Below are positions 17,423 to 28,079 of a stretch of DNA of 64,000 nt, in pieces. Numbering within the stretch: the first letter of the stretch is position 1; every line of letters starts with the position of its first letter. The stretch lies in NCBI GenBank assembly GCA_963674705.1, contig OY771506.1, forward strand, positions 2,112,001 to 2,176,000, in the 5' to 3' direction. The notes beneath the pieces are model-generated. The model had not been told where the DNA came from. It saw only the letters and a list, made by a program, of their open reading frames with translations, and did no database searches. The position numbers were made by a program, and so were the translations under genes. Source of the DNA: Phycisphaeraceae bacterium (GTDB taxonomy: Bacteria > Planctomycetota > Phycisphaerae > Phycisphaerales > Phycisphaeraceae).

Positions 17423-18391
17423 ATGAGCGATAAGAAAGCGCGTTTGAGGAATTGGGCAGCATCCGTCCCACCTTTGCTCGCATATAGTGCAATCAATATT
17501 GCTTCGTCGGCAGTAGATGAATACTACATCCTCGAAGAACTACGACAACGAATTGATTCACCATTACTGATGCCGCTTCCGCCAGTAAAGGTATGGATGG
17601 GTTACTACCGTAAACACAGATTCCTGAGTCCCGTTATCGATATGCACCTCGGCCTAGATGGCGAAGAATGGCTAACTGCTCTTAATTTCGCTGGTGCTTT
17701 AAGAGAGCATGACAAACTCAGTCGCGAGGAACTATTGAGCTGGTGGAATGGAATGACTCAAGAGGATAGACGGAAGTTTGTACTAGCTACGGCTGAATTA
17801 CATGAATGTATAAGAAAAATTGTTGAAGCTCAGATAACGGCTCTTGCTGTTGGTGAGGTTGGAGAGCCGAACGAAGTAAAAAGCTTAGTATCTACGCCAG
17901 AGATACAATTTATTATTCGAGTCCTTGTTCCGTGCTGGGCGAAGTGCCAAATGTATCCGGGTGAGTTGTTGAGGGCAGCTAGATCGGGTGAATTGCTGGC
18001 TCTAGAGCAACTGCTTGCAATCGACAAATCCATAGTAGCAGATCCAAAGATACACGAACAAATACACCAGACTGCTAGCGGTTCGAACAAAGCAAGGTTT
18101 GAAAGAATCGCTAATGCTTTTAGAGCCCCCACGATTGGCCGTATCAGCCTGAAAAGCGTTAAGCTGTTATCAGCTGCATTAGTAGGACAGTCTGCACATG
18201 AATTGGGACACCCTCTTACTGAGCCGCAAATACGAGAGTTGTTTGATTCGATAGCTGCAATTGAGGGGAAACTTCGCGATACTGACCTACCGAAGAGCTC
18301 AGAAGCGTTATCAAAGGCCCTGCAACGTAAGAAGCCAGAATGGGCTCCGATGATCAGGCGGACAAAAGTTGTTGCCGAAATGTCCGGGTAA
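17423..18391 (+). CDS. Hypothetical protein
   Basis: 322-aa ORF immediately upstream of rep; no motif recognised. Confidence 0.7.
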   Translation: MSDKKARLRNWAASVPPLLAYSAINIASSAVDEYYILEELRQRIDSPLLMPLPPVKVWMGYYRKHRFLSPVIDMHLGLDGEEWLTALNFAGALREHDKLSREELLSWWNGMTQEDRRKFVLATAELHECIRKIVEAQITALAVGEVGEPNEVKSLVSTPEIQFIIRVLVPCWAKCQMYPGELLRAARSGELLALEQLLAIDKSIVADPKIHEQIHQTASGSNKARFERIANAFRAPTIGRISLKSVKLLSAALVGQSAHELGHPLTEPQIRELFDSIAAIEGKLRDTDLPKSSEALSKALQRKKPEWAPMIRRTKVVAEMSG

Positions 18392-18420
18392 TCTGAAAAC
18401 TGCCTCCTAGTCTGGGGGGC

Positions 18421-19638
18421 ATGAAAAACAACACACTAAATCGAGATGTAACGGAAAAGACCGAGCGGGGGGCGGAGCAGGGGCCGCCCCCGCCGGCCTG
18501 TGGTTCAAACATGGGGGACTCTGTAACACCCCATGTTCTAATGCCAATACCTGGAGACTGGCGTTATTTGATATCTGGGATTGATACCCTAGACCTCGGT
18601 ATCTATGTCGACTGGGGGATTCACTTTCAGGCTATTCAGCTGCAGCTAGAGCATAACCGGGATAAGTCTATTGTCGGCGAGACTGCGATCTGGCGCCATC
18701 CTGTGATCGGTGAGGCTCTTGTCCGATCAAGTGGGAAGCGCAATTACAGATTCATGGTAGAGCTTCCTGGCGTTGTTCTGTGGATCGCCAATGTAGACAA
18801 GCCGAATGGCTTCCCGAATGTCTATGTCAGTCCTAGAGCCCGGTCCCTCTGGATCAATGGTGTTAATAACACGCTCGAATATATCACCAGCGTGATAGAA
18901 GAGCTTGGTGGGGTCGTTCAGCAGGTGCAGGTAAGTCGATGTGACCTGGCAGCCGACTTTTACCTGGAAGAGCCTTTGTCGACCGAGTTCGTTAAATCGG
19001 GCTTAGTCAGCAAGTGTAGGACATCAAGCCAGTATGAGACTGCGGGGCAGCTTGAGACTTTCTATGTCGGGCGTGGCAAGGCTCCTATTCAGGCACGTAT
19101 CTATAACAAGCTTCTGCAGGTCATGTCCAAGCCAGAATCTTTGTTCTTCCTGCCGCTTTGGGGTGGTCCGGTTAAGGCCTGGCGTGTGGAGTTTCAACTT
19201 CGACGTACCGCCTTAAGACAATTCCAGATTGATACAGTTGATGACCTGCAGGCCATGTCTGGGGCGTTGTGGAAGTATCTCACAGAAGATTGGCTGTCCC
19301 TGCGTCTGGATGATTCAAACAAAACAAACCGTCGTACAGTCCATCCCTGGTGGCAGGCGGTCGCGGATTGTGCGGAGACATTCGGGCCGGTGTTCGACCT
19401 GGATCGGCGGGAGAACAAGATACCCGTGGCCGATGTGGATTGGTATGTCTCGCATGTCTCGGGGTGTCTGGTTTCCTTTGCTGCTCGTTTAGGTCTACCG
19501 ACTGTCAATAAAGCTTTGGCAGAGCTGGATGAGCGTGTAGCCAATCACTGGGGTGCTAACAAGTGGGATGATGAGTATCGCAAGCGTCGTATCCAGCAGG
19601 GCGAAGCTGACGAGGGGGAATGTGATGTCCCGTTCTGA
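18421..19638 (+). CDS. Replication initiation factor (Rep_trans/MOB_T-like rolling-circle initiator)
   Basis: GIDTL, VSRCDLAADF, ETFYVGRG...ARIYNK, WRVEFQLRR motifs. Confidence 0.8.
   Translation: MKNNTLNRDVTEKTERGAEQGPPPPACGSNMGDSVTPHVLMPIPGDWRYLISGIDTLDLGIYVDWGIHFQAIQLQLEHNRDKSIVGETAIWRHPVIGEALVRSSGKRNYRFMVELPGVVLWIANVDKPNGFPNVYVSPRARSLWINGVNNTLEYITSVIEELGGVVQQVQVSRCDLAADFYLEEPLSTEFVKSGLVSKCRTSSQYETAGQLETFYVGRGKAPIQARIYNKLLQVMSKPESLFFLPLWGGPVKAWRVEFQLRRTALRQFQIDTVDDLQAMSGALWKYLTEDWLSLRLDDSNKTNRRTVHPWWQAVADCAETFGPVFDLDRRENKIPVADVDWYVSHVSGCLVSFAARLGLPTVNKALAELDERVANHWGANKWDDEYRKRRIQQGEADEGECDVPF
18508..18537 (+). promoter_or_regulatory. Putative dso/oriT hairpin
   Basis: AACATGGGG-gactctgTAACA-CCCCATGTT at the 5' end of rep. 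Confidence 0.55.
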
Positions 19639-19831
19639 ATCTATTGAAGTGGAATCGCCTTACCTGTCGCCTAAGGAGCTGGCCCAGCGCTGGCGGTGTT
19701 CAAGGTCGAGTGTGGATCGTATCGCCAGGCGAGCGGGGTTGTCTCGTCTGTGCCTTGGCGAAGGTGCTAACGGGATTGTTCGTTTCGACAGGAAGGAGGT
19801 TGAGGCCTATGAAGCAACCCGGCGGGTATGA
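19625..19831 (+). CDS. Excisionase/AlpA-like HTH protein
   Basis: YLSPKELAQRWRCSRSSVDRIAR...IVRFDRKEVEAY. Confidence 0.8.
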   Translation: MSRSESIEVESPYLSPKELAQRWRCSRSSVDRIARRAGLSRLCLGEGANGIVRFDRKEVEAYEATRRV

Positions 19832-19899
19832 GTGATCCGCCGATCAATTGATTCTGCTCTACCAATGGCTGCCCCGGAGATGCAAGTCCGCCGGGGTGG

Positions 19900-22164
19900 T
19901 TATTTTTGACGTTCAAAGAGGTCCTTAATTGCTGAAAGGGTGCTATCTTGAGCAGGTGAAGTGTGGAACTCTTCTCGTTGCGGAATTGCATCTGGAGTAA
20001 AATCGTCTGAGTGTCGATCGAATACTATGTCATAATCGTACGCGTCTAATATGGAATCTATTTGCTCCTGACTTAGCTCAAATTCCATGTCATCGAGTAT
20101 AGACATTAGGTAGTCTTGGACAGCCTCTGATGCATCGTCAGGTTTGTCTAAGTAGTCGTAAATAATGTCATTAAAGTAGACATCTTGATTAATGTCTTCC
20201 TCAAAATTCGTAGCTACAAATTCACATAATTCATCAGTTAAATCAGCTCTGGCTTCAGCATCATGTATTGAGCCAATGATGCGATAAAGCGTGTTTGTAT
20301 GCTCTACTTCTTTCGCTGATGGCATTGCTGATTTGAGGTGTTGCATGATGATAGCATCTTCGATCTGTTCCCCCAATTCCAATGCCCATAGTATCAAAGA
20401 TGACGCATACTCATCATATTTGTATGTAACTTGGTTGTATGCAATTGAGTTACATTTACTGCGAACAATCGCCAAATGATCCGCACCCGATAGTTTTGCT
20501 CGCGCCAAGCTGCCAAGTGCAACGAAGTAGTCGGCAGACTCGGGACGGTTATCATTGGTCATCTTCATATCTACTAGTTTTTTAATTACCAATATAAGAT
20601 CTGTTGCCTTTGAGTCTTGGACATTGAACAGATCTCCCAATGTATTGATAGATTCCGGCGTGTCTAGAGCAAGGTAATACTGGGAAAGGGCGTCTGGGTC
20701 ATTGATTGTACGTTTAAGGATGAAATCGCCTACTGCCGGATTGAATAAGTCGAAGGACACGGAATCTGACTTGGATTTACGGTTAAGCATGGCACCCGTA
20801 ACTAGTCTTGTGGCTTGGTTGTATTTGTAACGAATATCTGTATCTCTTGCCAAATCCAATGATAGTGCGAGATGGCGAAAGGCACTGAACAGTCGATCAT
20901 CATGAATCGTGCCACCGTTTAGGACGGTGAGACAGACCAATAATTGTGCTTCAGTGGATATCTGGTCGTCATACACCTTTGACCAGATCTCACTAGGATT
21001 ATCAAGGTTTGTTGTTATGTAATTCCAATAAGCAGGGGGGGCAATGTCGCGAATCTTGTAGGCATCAGTTATAAACGCGATAAGCCGTGGAATATAGTTT
21101 CTATGTTTGATGATTTCGAGATACTTATCGTCTTTGTAAAGCTCATCAATATATTCAGTTTCCAAATCACTGAACCAGATATGGTTGTAAAGTATCTTAG
21201 CCTTTTCAATGTCTGACAGGCTGGCGACTTGAATTTCATACTCGTTGCGTTCGACATTCTCGTTTCGGTAGGATTCGCTTAGTTGTTTCTCTCGATTGAG
21301 AATATGCGTTCGCGATGTCAGTAGGAATCGAGTATTTGGGCTTCGTGAGACGGTTTTGATGAAAGCCATTGTGGCGGAATCTTCAAATGACCGCAGCGCT
21401 TCTAGGTAGTTGGTGCCAAGAAAATCGTCAAAATAGAATACTTGCTTCTTCTTAGGGGTAAACACCTCCTCGGCTTCATCTATAGATTTGTGGATGACAT
21501 AAGCATTGAAACCCTTACCGGAGTAGTAGAAAAATAATTGATTTGCAAGTGTAGTTTTGCCAATTCCAGGATCACCGGAAATGATAAGAGTGTGAAGTGA
21601 TTCTATTTGCTTCAAGGCGGCTTCATGATGTCTGGTTTGTACGTACTTAGCTGCTGCGTCGGATATCTCCCGAATTGTGTACTCTGAACGTGCGATTATT
21701 CCAGCATTGAGTATTGTTTGAAGGACTGTAGTGCTGGCAAACCACAGTTTGTAGTGACGTTGTTCGATATCGGGTGAATTGGCGATGAGAGTATTAAGGT
21801 CTTCATTACCAAGTATGTCGGATTCGGATTTTATATAGGGGTCGAATATTTTCTTTATTCGTTTTTTGTTAGAACGACTTAGCGGAAGACAGGTGCAAAA
21901 TATATAGCGAGGGCAGTTGAGTTTCTTTGCCTTTTTGGCCTCTTCGGGAAGGCTGCGAATTAACGCCGCCAGTCCAGCATTCGGCCAGTGTTTACATTGG
22001 ATTATTACTTCGGAGTTGTCTGTAGAAAAAAAACGGCCGTCAACGCCAGAGTCTTTACCCGGTTTGAACCGTTCGACCGTTGCGCCTTCACGAATTGAGA
22101 GAAGATCAGCAACAAGGTGTTCAAATTCTTTATCATTGAGGGTATGGAAGTCGTAATCAGTCAT
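19900..22164 (-). CDS. Mrr-like restriction endonuclease fused to nSTAND3 NTPase (candidate anti-phage protein)
   Basis: EFEHLVADLL..GKDSGVDG...IIQCKH nuclease; Walker A GDPGIGKT; YFDDFLG; LTSRTHI; KAKILYNH. Confidence 0.8.
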   Translation of the reverse strand: MTDYDFHTLNDKEFEHLVADLLSIREGATVERFKPGKDSGVDGRFFSTDNSEVIIQCKHWPNAGLAALIRSLPEEAKKAKKLNCPRYIFCTCLPLSRSNKKRIKKIFDPYIKSESDILGNEDLNTLIANSPDIEQRHYKLWFASTTVLQTILNAGIIARSEYTIREISDAAAKYVQTRHHEAALKQIESLHTLIISGDPGIGKTTLANQLFFYYSGKGFNAYVIHKSIDEAEEVFTPKKKQVFYFDDFLGTNYLEALRSFEDSATMAFIKTVSRSPNTRFLLTSRTHILNREKQLSESYRNENVERNEYEIQVASLSDIEKAKILYNHIWFSDLETEYIDELYKDDKYLEIIKHRNYIPRLIAFITDAYKIRDIAPPAYWNYITTNLDNPSEIWSKVYDDQISTEAQLLVCLTVLNGGTIHDDRLFSAFRHLALSLDLARDTDIRYKYNQATRLVTGAMLNRKSKSDSVSFDLFNPAVGDFILKRTINDPDALSQYYLALDTPESINTLGDLFNVQDSKATDLILVIKKLVDMKMTNDNRPESADYFVALGSLARAKLSGADHLAIVRSKCNSIAYNQVTYKYDEYASSLILWALELGEQIEDAIIMQHLKSAMPSAKEVEHTNTLYRIIGSIHDAEARADLTDELCEFVATNFEEDINQDVYFNDIIYDYLDKPDDASEAVQDYLMSILDDMEFELSQEQIDSILDAYDYDIVFDRHSDDFTPDAIPQREEFHTSPAQDSTLSAIKDLFERQK

Positions 22165-22194
22165 TATTGCCTCGCACAAATATTGGCGACGATT

Positions 22195-22872
22195 GCACTT
22201 TTATGGAAGTCGATGTCAATATGCATTTGCTCAGAAATCAAACTTGTATAATGGCGGCGGCAAATCTCGGGTGAATTTCCCATCAATGCAGCAGTTTTTT
22301 GAAGACTCAAGCCAGATTGTCCAAGGTGGCTTCCAAATGTATGTCGATAATCAAGGCACGACCAAATCAAATCATGTTCGCAATTCGCACTGCGAAGACC
22401 TTGTGAAAACCCGTCCGGGTCCCACCACTTCCCCATCGGGCTGGGGGAAGAACCAACCAAAGTCAGAAGCCGGTGGGATGTACTTATCCAGGTATCCCCG
22501 TAGTGCCTGGCTGATCGGCACCGCACGATTGCGTTTAGTCTTGGGCTGCCAGAAGCGGCCATTGATGGTCTTTGCCCGGACTCGTATCAAACCGTTACCC
22601 CCATTGCGTCGACTGAGGTCGATGTCGTTGTGTGTGAGCCAGAAAAGTTCTTCCCGCCGCAACCCGGCGTAAATATGTGTCGCGACCATTGTCTGCAATT
22701 GGGGCTTGAATCGCAAGGCAAAAAGCTACCCGTCCGTCTGCAAGTGTCAGAAAGCGGATTTCGGGCGCCCGCTCGGCGTAAGGCTTAACCTTGGTGTTGT
22801 TGGGAAGCCTGACGTTCTGCGTCTGAACGGCCCATTTGTAGATCCGCTGGAAGATCGGCGATAGTGATTGGC
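22195..22872 (-). pseudogene. Tyrosine integrase remnant (N-terminus lost, several frameshifts)
   Basis: YAGLRREEL, PKTKRNR, DYRHTFGS, LMGNS, RRHY motifs spread over different frames. Confidence 0.85.
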
Positions 22873-22980
22873 GATCTAGGACTGACCAACCTCACAAAGA
22901 GACCTGTCTATGCAAACCATCGCGCCGGGATCCCGTTTGCCATAACCGGAGGGTGATGATTCCGTACTCAACTTCTTCCA

Positions 22981-23238
22981 CTTCGAGCGCAACCTCCCCA
23001 TAACCCGAGCCTCTGTCTCTGCCCGTCGAAGAGAGACTTTTGGCCGAGACGGTACGATTTGGTGGTCGGAACGGCCGATTCGGTTATGGCGTTGGGCGGA
23101 CGAGAGATACGGATCGAATTGGCGGCCAGCCGTAAATTGTGGCCAGAACTGGCGTAAAAAGCGAAAACGCCGCTGAGGTTTCTCAGCGGCGTTCGCCGTT
23201 AACGGGTGGGTCGGTCAGTTGTGTAACCGAACCATAAG
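22981..23238. repeat. att-arm segment homologous to 4793-5049
   Basis: Collinear alignment by eye over ~255 bp. Confidence 0.9.
23164..23193 (-). terminator. tRNA-fMet terminator
   Basis: AACGCCGCTGAG / CTCAGCGGCGTT perfect stem with a U tract on the minus strand. Confidence 0.8.
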
Positions 23239-23312
<74 letters not shown>

Positions 23313-23585
23313 TTCGTTAGCACATTATTATCAGGGATCGATGCCAGGGTCAAGGTGTGCGGACTTGTCCACGGCCTTTGGGGGTACATAGACACCGATT
23401 GAAAAACGATTTACAGTGACCGGTCTGTATTTGGATACCACTTGTGATGGTCAGGCAATACAAGACGGGATCGAGCGTTTATCCTTGTGCTACGCGGTGC
23501 ACCGTGGGTATCAGTGCGTCTATATTAATAGGTGCTAAGAAGACAATAGCCCGGCTGCGATCGGGGTCTGGGCCGGGGATGGTTT

Positions 23586-25508
23586 GTGTATCTCATGATT
23601 AAATCAAGCACTTACCGCAATGTGGCCGGAATGGTGGCCGGCGTCGGACTTGTAGTGGCGGCGATCGTCACCCTGCCTGGCTGTACGCCGGGGGATTACC
23701 GGGTTGAAGCCGATGAGGTTGCCACGGACATCATCCAGCAGAAGCAGATGGAAGCGTTGGGGCGCAACGAGCCTTTCACGATCGAGAAGCCGGAGTTGAC
23801 GCTTCGGCGCAGACTGATGGAAGCACAGGAGTTAGCCAGATCACACGCGGCTTCATTGGGGGTGACAAATCTCGAGCCGATCCCGAATTGGCCTGACGAT
23901 GACTATTTAAAGCAAGGCGTTGGCGAATCCGACGGATTGATGGAAGTCACGCCCGATCAGCCTGTCAAACTCAGCTTGCAGGATGCTTTACGCGTCGCAG
24001 CGGGCAACAGCAGGGAATACCAAGCCCAAAAAGAAACGGTCTACCGAACGGCGCTGGCGCTGGACTTGGAGCGTGATGCATTTCGAACAACGTTCACCGG
24101 CGTGACCAGCGGTGATGTCAGCTACGACTCCGGCGCCAACCCGCAGGTGGCGGGGATCGACAGCAGCACGGAGTTCGGGCTGACGCAACGTTTCCAGAAC
24201 GGGCTGACACTCAGCGGGGCGATCGCGCTGGATGTCGCCAAGCTGCTGACGCAGGATCGGTCTTCGAGCAATGCGTTGTCAGCCGACTTCTCGGTGGAGC
24301 TGCCTCTGCTTCGTGGTTCGGGCAAGCACATCGTCGCGGAGCCTTTGATTCAGTCTGAACGGGATGCGCTGTATGCGATCTATCGGTTTGAACGATACAA
24401 GCGCGAGTTCGCGGTGAGTATCGCCAGCGATTACCTCTCGGTCTTGCAGCAGTTGGACCGCATCCAGAATGAAGAAGACAACTACCGGGGTCTGATTATT
24501 ACCGTCCGCCAGGTTCGGCGAGAGGCGGAGGCAGGCCGGCAATCGCAGATCGAGGTGGACCGTGCGTTGCAGGACGAGCTGGCGGCACGTCAGCGTTGGA
24601 TCTCGGCACAGCAGTCATATCAAAGGCAACTGGACAGTTTCAAGCTGACGCTCGGTTTACCGGTCGATGCGAGTATCGAGCTGGATCGCGAAGAGTTGCA
24701 ACGGCTTGCACAGGAAGTGCGTGCAAAGATCCCGGACACGGAAGACCCATTAGCGACGTCGGATGAGGTGTTGCCTGCCGATGCACCGGTGACGCTGGTC
24801 GTACCAAGCCGGGAGGGCGCCGGGCCGATGGAACTGGAAGAGGACATCGCGATTGATCTGGCGTTGAATAACCGTCTCGATCTACGGATCGCCCAAGGCG
24901 AGGTTTACGACGCCCAGCGTCAGGTGGTGGTGGCGGCAGATGCGTTGGGTGCGGAGTTGACGCTGCTTGGCCGAGCGTCTGCCGGGCAAGGGCGGTCGCT
25001 ATCGTCGGCCGATCAACCTGATGCGTTCGATCCGCGGTTTGATGAGGGATATTACGACACATTATTGACACTGGACCTGCCTTTTGAGCGGACGCGAGAG
25101 CGCAATACGTACCGCAGCAGCCTGATCACGATGAAACGGGTAGTACGTGACTTCCAGGAAACGGAAGACCGCGTGAAGCTGGACGTGCGTAATATCCTGC
25201 GGGACCTGCTGGAAGCCCGTGAATCGTTGCGTATTCAGCGGGGCGCGGTTGACCTGGCGAAAGAGCGTGTCAAGAGTACGGATATGCTGCTTCAGGCCGG
25301 CCGGGGCAGTATCCGCAACGCGCTGGACGCCAAGGACGACCTGGTCCAGTCGCAGAACAACCTGACACAGGCGTTAGTGTCCTATTTGATCGCGGAACTA
25401 GAGATTCAGCGTGACATGGGGGTATTGGAAGTCAACGAGCAGGGGCTGTGGCGTACCATTGACCCAGAGGAGTTAATCCATGACGGCAACGATCACAACG
25501 GCGGGTAA
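23586..25508 (+). CDS. TolC-family outer-membrane efflux lipoprotein
   Basis: Lipobox LPGC; two OEP repeats (LSLQDAL..A, ALNNRLDL, LLQAG); first gene of the exporter operon. Confidence 0.85.
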   Translation: MYLMIKSSTYRNVAGMVAGVGLVVAAIVTLPGCTPGDYRVEADEVATDIIQQKQMEALGRNEPFTIEKPELTLRRRLMEAQELARSHAASLGVTNLEPIPNWPDDDYLKQGVGESDGLMEVTPDQPVKLSLQDALRVAAGNSREYQAQKETVYRTALALDLERDAFRTTFTGVTSGDVSYDSGANPQVAGIDSSTEFGLTQRFQNGLTLSGAIALDVAKLLTQDRSSSNALSADFSVELPLLRGSGKHIVAEPLIQSERDALYAIYRFERYKREFAVSIASDYLSVLQQLDRIQNEEDNYRGLIITVRQVRREAEAGRQSQIEVDRALQDELAARQRWISAQQSYQRQLDSFKLTLGLPVDASIELDREELQRLAQEVRAKIPDTEDPLATSDEVLPADAPVTLVVPSREGAGPMELEEDIAIDLALNNRLDLRIAQGEVYDAQRQVVVAADALGAELTLLGRASAGQGRSLSSADQPDAFDPRFDEGYYDTLLTLDLPFERTRERNTYRSSLITMKRVVRDFQETEDRVKLDVRNILRDLLEARESLRIQRGAVDLAKERVKSTDMLLQAGRGSIRNALDAKDDLVQSQNNLTQALVSYLIAELEIQRDMGVLEVNEQGLWRTIDPEELIHDGNDHNGG

Positions 25509-27336
25509 TGCAACAGCTCAGTCGCGAAACACGCCCTGGTGGCGTTCCTGGCCGGTGCTGACCGGTGCGGTGATCGTGATCCTGGTGCTGGGGATCTTCG
25601 GCTTTGTCGACTTCTCCGGGCCGGAGAGCATCAGCAATAACAGCCCGATCTACATCGCAGAGCGTGGACACTTGACGATCAACGTGACCGAGTCGGGCAC
25701 GATCCAGGCACGTGAACAGGTTGTACTCAAGAGCGAGGTTGAAGGGCAGACCACGATCATCTGGATTGTCGAGGAAGGCAAACACGTCGAGAAGGGCGAC
25801 CTGCTGGTTGAACTGGATGCGAGCCAGCGGCAGGACGAGTTGCTGGATCAGCAGATCCGGGTGCAGAACGCCGAGGCGGATTACGTCCGCGCCCGTGAGG
25901 CGCTTGAGATCACGCGCAGCCAGGGTGAGAGCAATGTCGCCAAGGCCCAGCTTGATTACGACTTCGCCCAGCAGGACCTGAAGAAGTACGTCGAGGGTGA
26001 ACACCCGAAAGAGCTGGAGGAACTCGAGGCAAAGATCAAGCTCGCCGAGGCGGACCTCGAAGATTCACAGAAGACGGTGGAATGGTCCAAGAAGCTGTTT
26101 GAAGAGAAGTACATCGCCGAGGCGGACCTGACCCGAGATGAATTGAGCTATGAACGAGCCAAGCTGGACCTGAGCACGGCCAAGGCGAACCTGGACCTTT
26201 TAAAGAACTACACCTACGGCCGAACCGTGCGCCAGTTGGAGAGCGATGTTGATCAGACGAAGATGGCGCTGGACCGTGTCAAGCGTCAGGCGAACGCGAA
26301 CCTGGTGCAGGATCAGGCGGACCTTCAGGCGCGTGAGTTGGAGCTTCAGCGCCAGAAGGAACGGCTTGCCAAGGACGAGGACCAGCTCGAGAAGACCAAG
26401 ATCTATGCCCCGACCGCGGGGATGGTTGTCTACGCGACGACGGGCCGTGATGACCGCCGGGGCAACGATGAGCCGTTGGAAGCCGGTCGTTCCGTGCGGG
26501 AACGTGAGGAGCTGATCAATCTGCCTACCGCGAACTCGATGCTTGTGAATGTCAAGGTTCATGAGTCGAGTCTGAAGAAGGTGAGGGTCGGTCAGCGTGT
26601 GCGTATCACGATCAATGCGTTGCCCGGGCGTCAGTTCTGGGGCAGGGTGGCGCGTATTGCGCCGCTGCCGGATGCTCAGAGTTTCTGGCGTGGCAACCCC
26701 GACCTGAAGGTTTACAACACCGAGATCCATCTTGATGGTCAGTTGGAAGGTGTCCGTACAGGCATGACGTGTAAGGCCGAGATCATCGTTGAGTCGCTTG
26801 AGGATGTGATATCGATCCCGGTGCAATGCGTCGTGCGTATCGGTAATCAGCCGACGGTTTACGTGAAGCACGGCGGTCGGATCGAGCCGGTGCAGGTTGA
26901 ACTGGGTTTGGACAACAAGGACCGTGTGCACATCAAGTCCGGCATCTCCGAGGGCGATCACGTGCTGACGAATCCGCCGTTGCAGGACGCCGGCGTGAAA
27001 CCGAATGGCGGTGATGCGGCAAGTAATGGGCCACCACCTGAGGATAAGTCCCAGCAAGGCGCGTCGGGTGAAAGTGAACGTGCTGGTGGCCCAAAGACCG
27101 AGGCAGGTGGGCCCCAAGCCGGTGGGCAAGGCCCGCAGGCAGGCGGCGAACCCGGTAGTGGCTGGAATGGTCAACAACCGCAGGGCCAACCCACCGCTGA
27201 GCAGCGCGAAGAAATGCGTAAGCGTTTTGAGAACATGACACCCGAGCAGCGCGAGGAGTTGCGCAAGCGTATGGAACAGAGACAAGGCGGACCGCGCCCC
27301 CAAGGTAACGGCGCCCCCCAGGATCAGCAGAAGTAA
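25480..27336 (+). CDS. Periplasmic adaptor (HlyD/MacA-type membrane fusion protein)
   Basis: N-terminal TM; VEEGKHVEKGDLLVELD; long coiled coil; IYAPTAGMV; GMT..AEI. Confidence 0.9.
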   Translation: MTATITTAGNATAQSRNTPWWRSWPVLTGAVIVILVLGIFGFVDFSGPESISNNSPIYIAERGHLTINVTESGTIQAREQVVLKSEVEGQTTIIWIVEEGKHVEKGDLLVELDASQRQDELLDQQIRVQNAEADYVRAREALEITRSQGESNVAKAQLDYDFAQQDLKKYVEGEHPKELEELEAKIKLAEADLEDSQKTVEWSKKLFEEKYIAEADLTRDELSYERAKLDLSTAKANLDLLKNYTYGRTVRQLESDVDQTKMALDRVKRQANANLVQDQADLQARELELQRQKERLAKDEDQLEKTKIYAPTAGMVVYATTGRDDRRGNDEPLEAGRSVREREELINLPTANSMLVNVKVHESSLKKVRVGQRVRITINALPGRQFWGRVARIAPLPDAQSFWRGNPDLKVYNTEIHLDGQLEGVRTGMTCKAEIIVESLEDVISIPVQCVVRIGNQPTVYVKHGGRIEPVQVELGLDNKDRVHIKSGISEGDHVLTNPPLQDAGVKPNGGDAASNGPPPEDKSQQGASGESERAGGPKTEAGGPQAGGQGPQAGGEPGSGWNGQQPQGQPTAEQREEMRKRFENMTPEQREELRKRMEQRQGGPRPQGNGAPQDQQK

Positions 27337-27338
27337 AC

Positions 27339-28079
27339 ATGACCGACACGATTGCCGAGCCTTCTCCGGCACCAGCCCCGGACGATAAAGCCCTGATTGA
27401 GTTGAAGGGTTTGCGCAAGACCTATCAGATGGGGTCGCAGCAGGTCCATGCGCTGGCGGGGGTTGACCTGCGGCTTGGGCGTGGCGAGTTCTGGGCGATC
27501 CTCGGCGCATCCGGTTCGGGTAAGAGCACGATGTTGAACGTGCTTGGTTGTCTGGATCGGCCGACCGCGGGAACGTACATGCTCGAAGGGCAGAACGTAG
27601 CCGACCTGAATGACGATGCGCTCAGTGAGTTTCGTTTGCGTCACCTGGGTTTTATCTTCCAGAGTTTTAACCTGATCCCACAGTTAACGGTGCAAGAGAA
27701 CATCGAACTGCCTTTGTATTACCTGGGGTGGGAAGCGGAAAAGAGTGCCGAACGGGCCGCGGAGCTTGCGGATCGTGTCGGGCTGGGGGATCGACTGGAC
27801 CACAGGCCTAACGAACTATCCGGCGGCCAGCAGCAACGCGTCGCGGTCGCTCGTGCGCTTGCCAATGATCCGCCCGTTCTGCTTGCCGACGAACCGACCG
27901 GCAACCTCGATTCATCCACAAGCTCGCAGATCATGGCCCTGTTGGATGATCTGAGCAGACAGGGCAAGACGATCATCATGGTGACGCACGAACTGGACAT
28001 CGCCGAGCATGCCCAGCATCGGCTGCATATGAAGGACGGCCTGATCGACCGGATCGAGAGGAGCAACGGGTATGAATAA
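27339..28079 (+). CDS. ABC transporter ATP-binding protein (MacB/LolD-like)
   Basis: [29 protein letters not shown]. Confidence 0.95.
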   Translation: MTDTIAEPSPAPAPDDKALIELKGLRKTYQMGSQQVHALAGVDLRLGRGEFWAILGASGSGKSTMLNVLGCLDRPTAGTYMLEGQNVADLNDDALSEFRLRHLGFIFQSFNLIPQLTVQENIELPLYYLGWEAEKSAERAAELADRVGLGDRLDHRPNELSGGQQQRVAVARALANDPPVLLADEPTGNLDSSTSSQIMALLDDLSRQGKTIIMVTHELDIAEHAQHRLHMKDGLIDRIERSNGYE

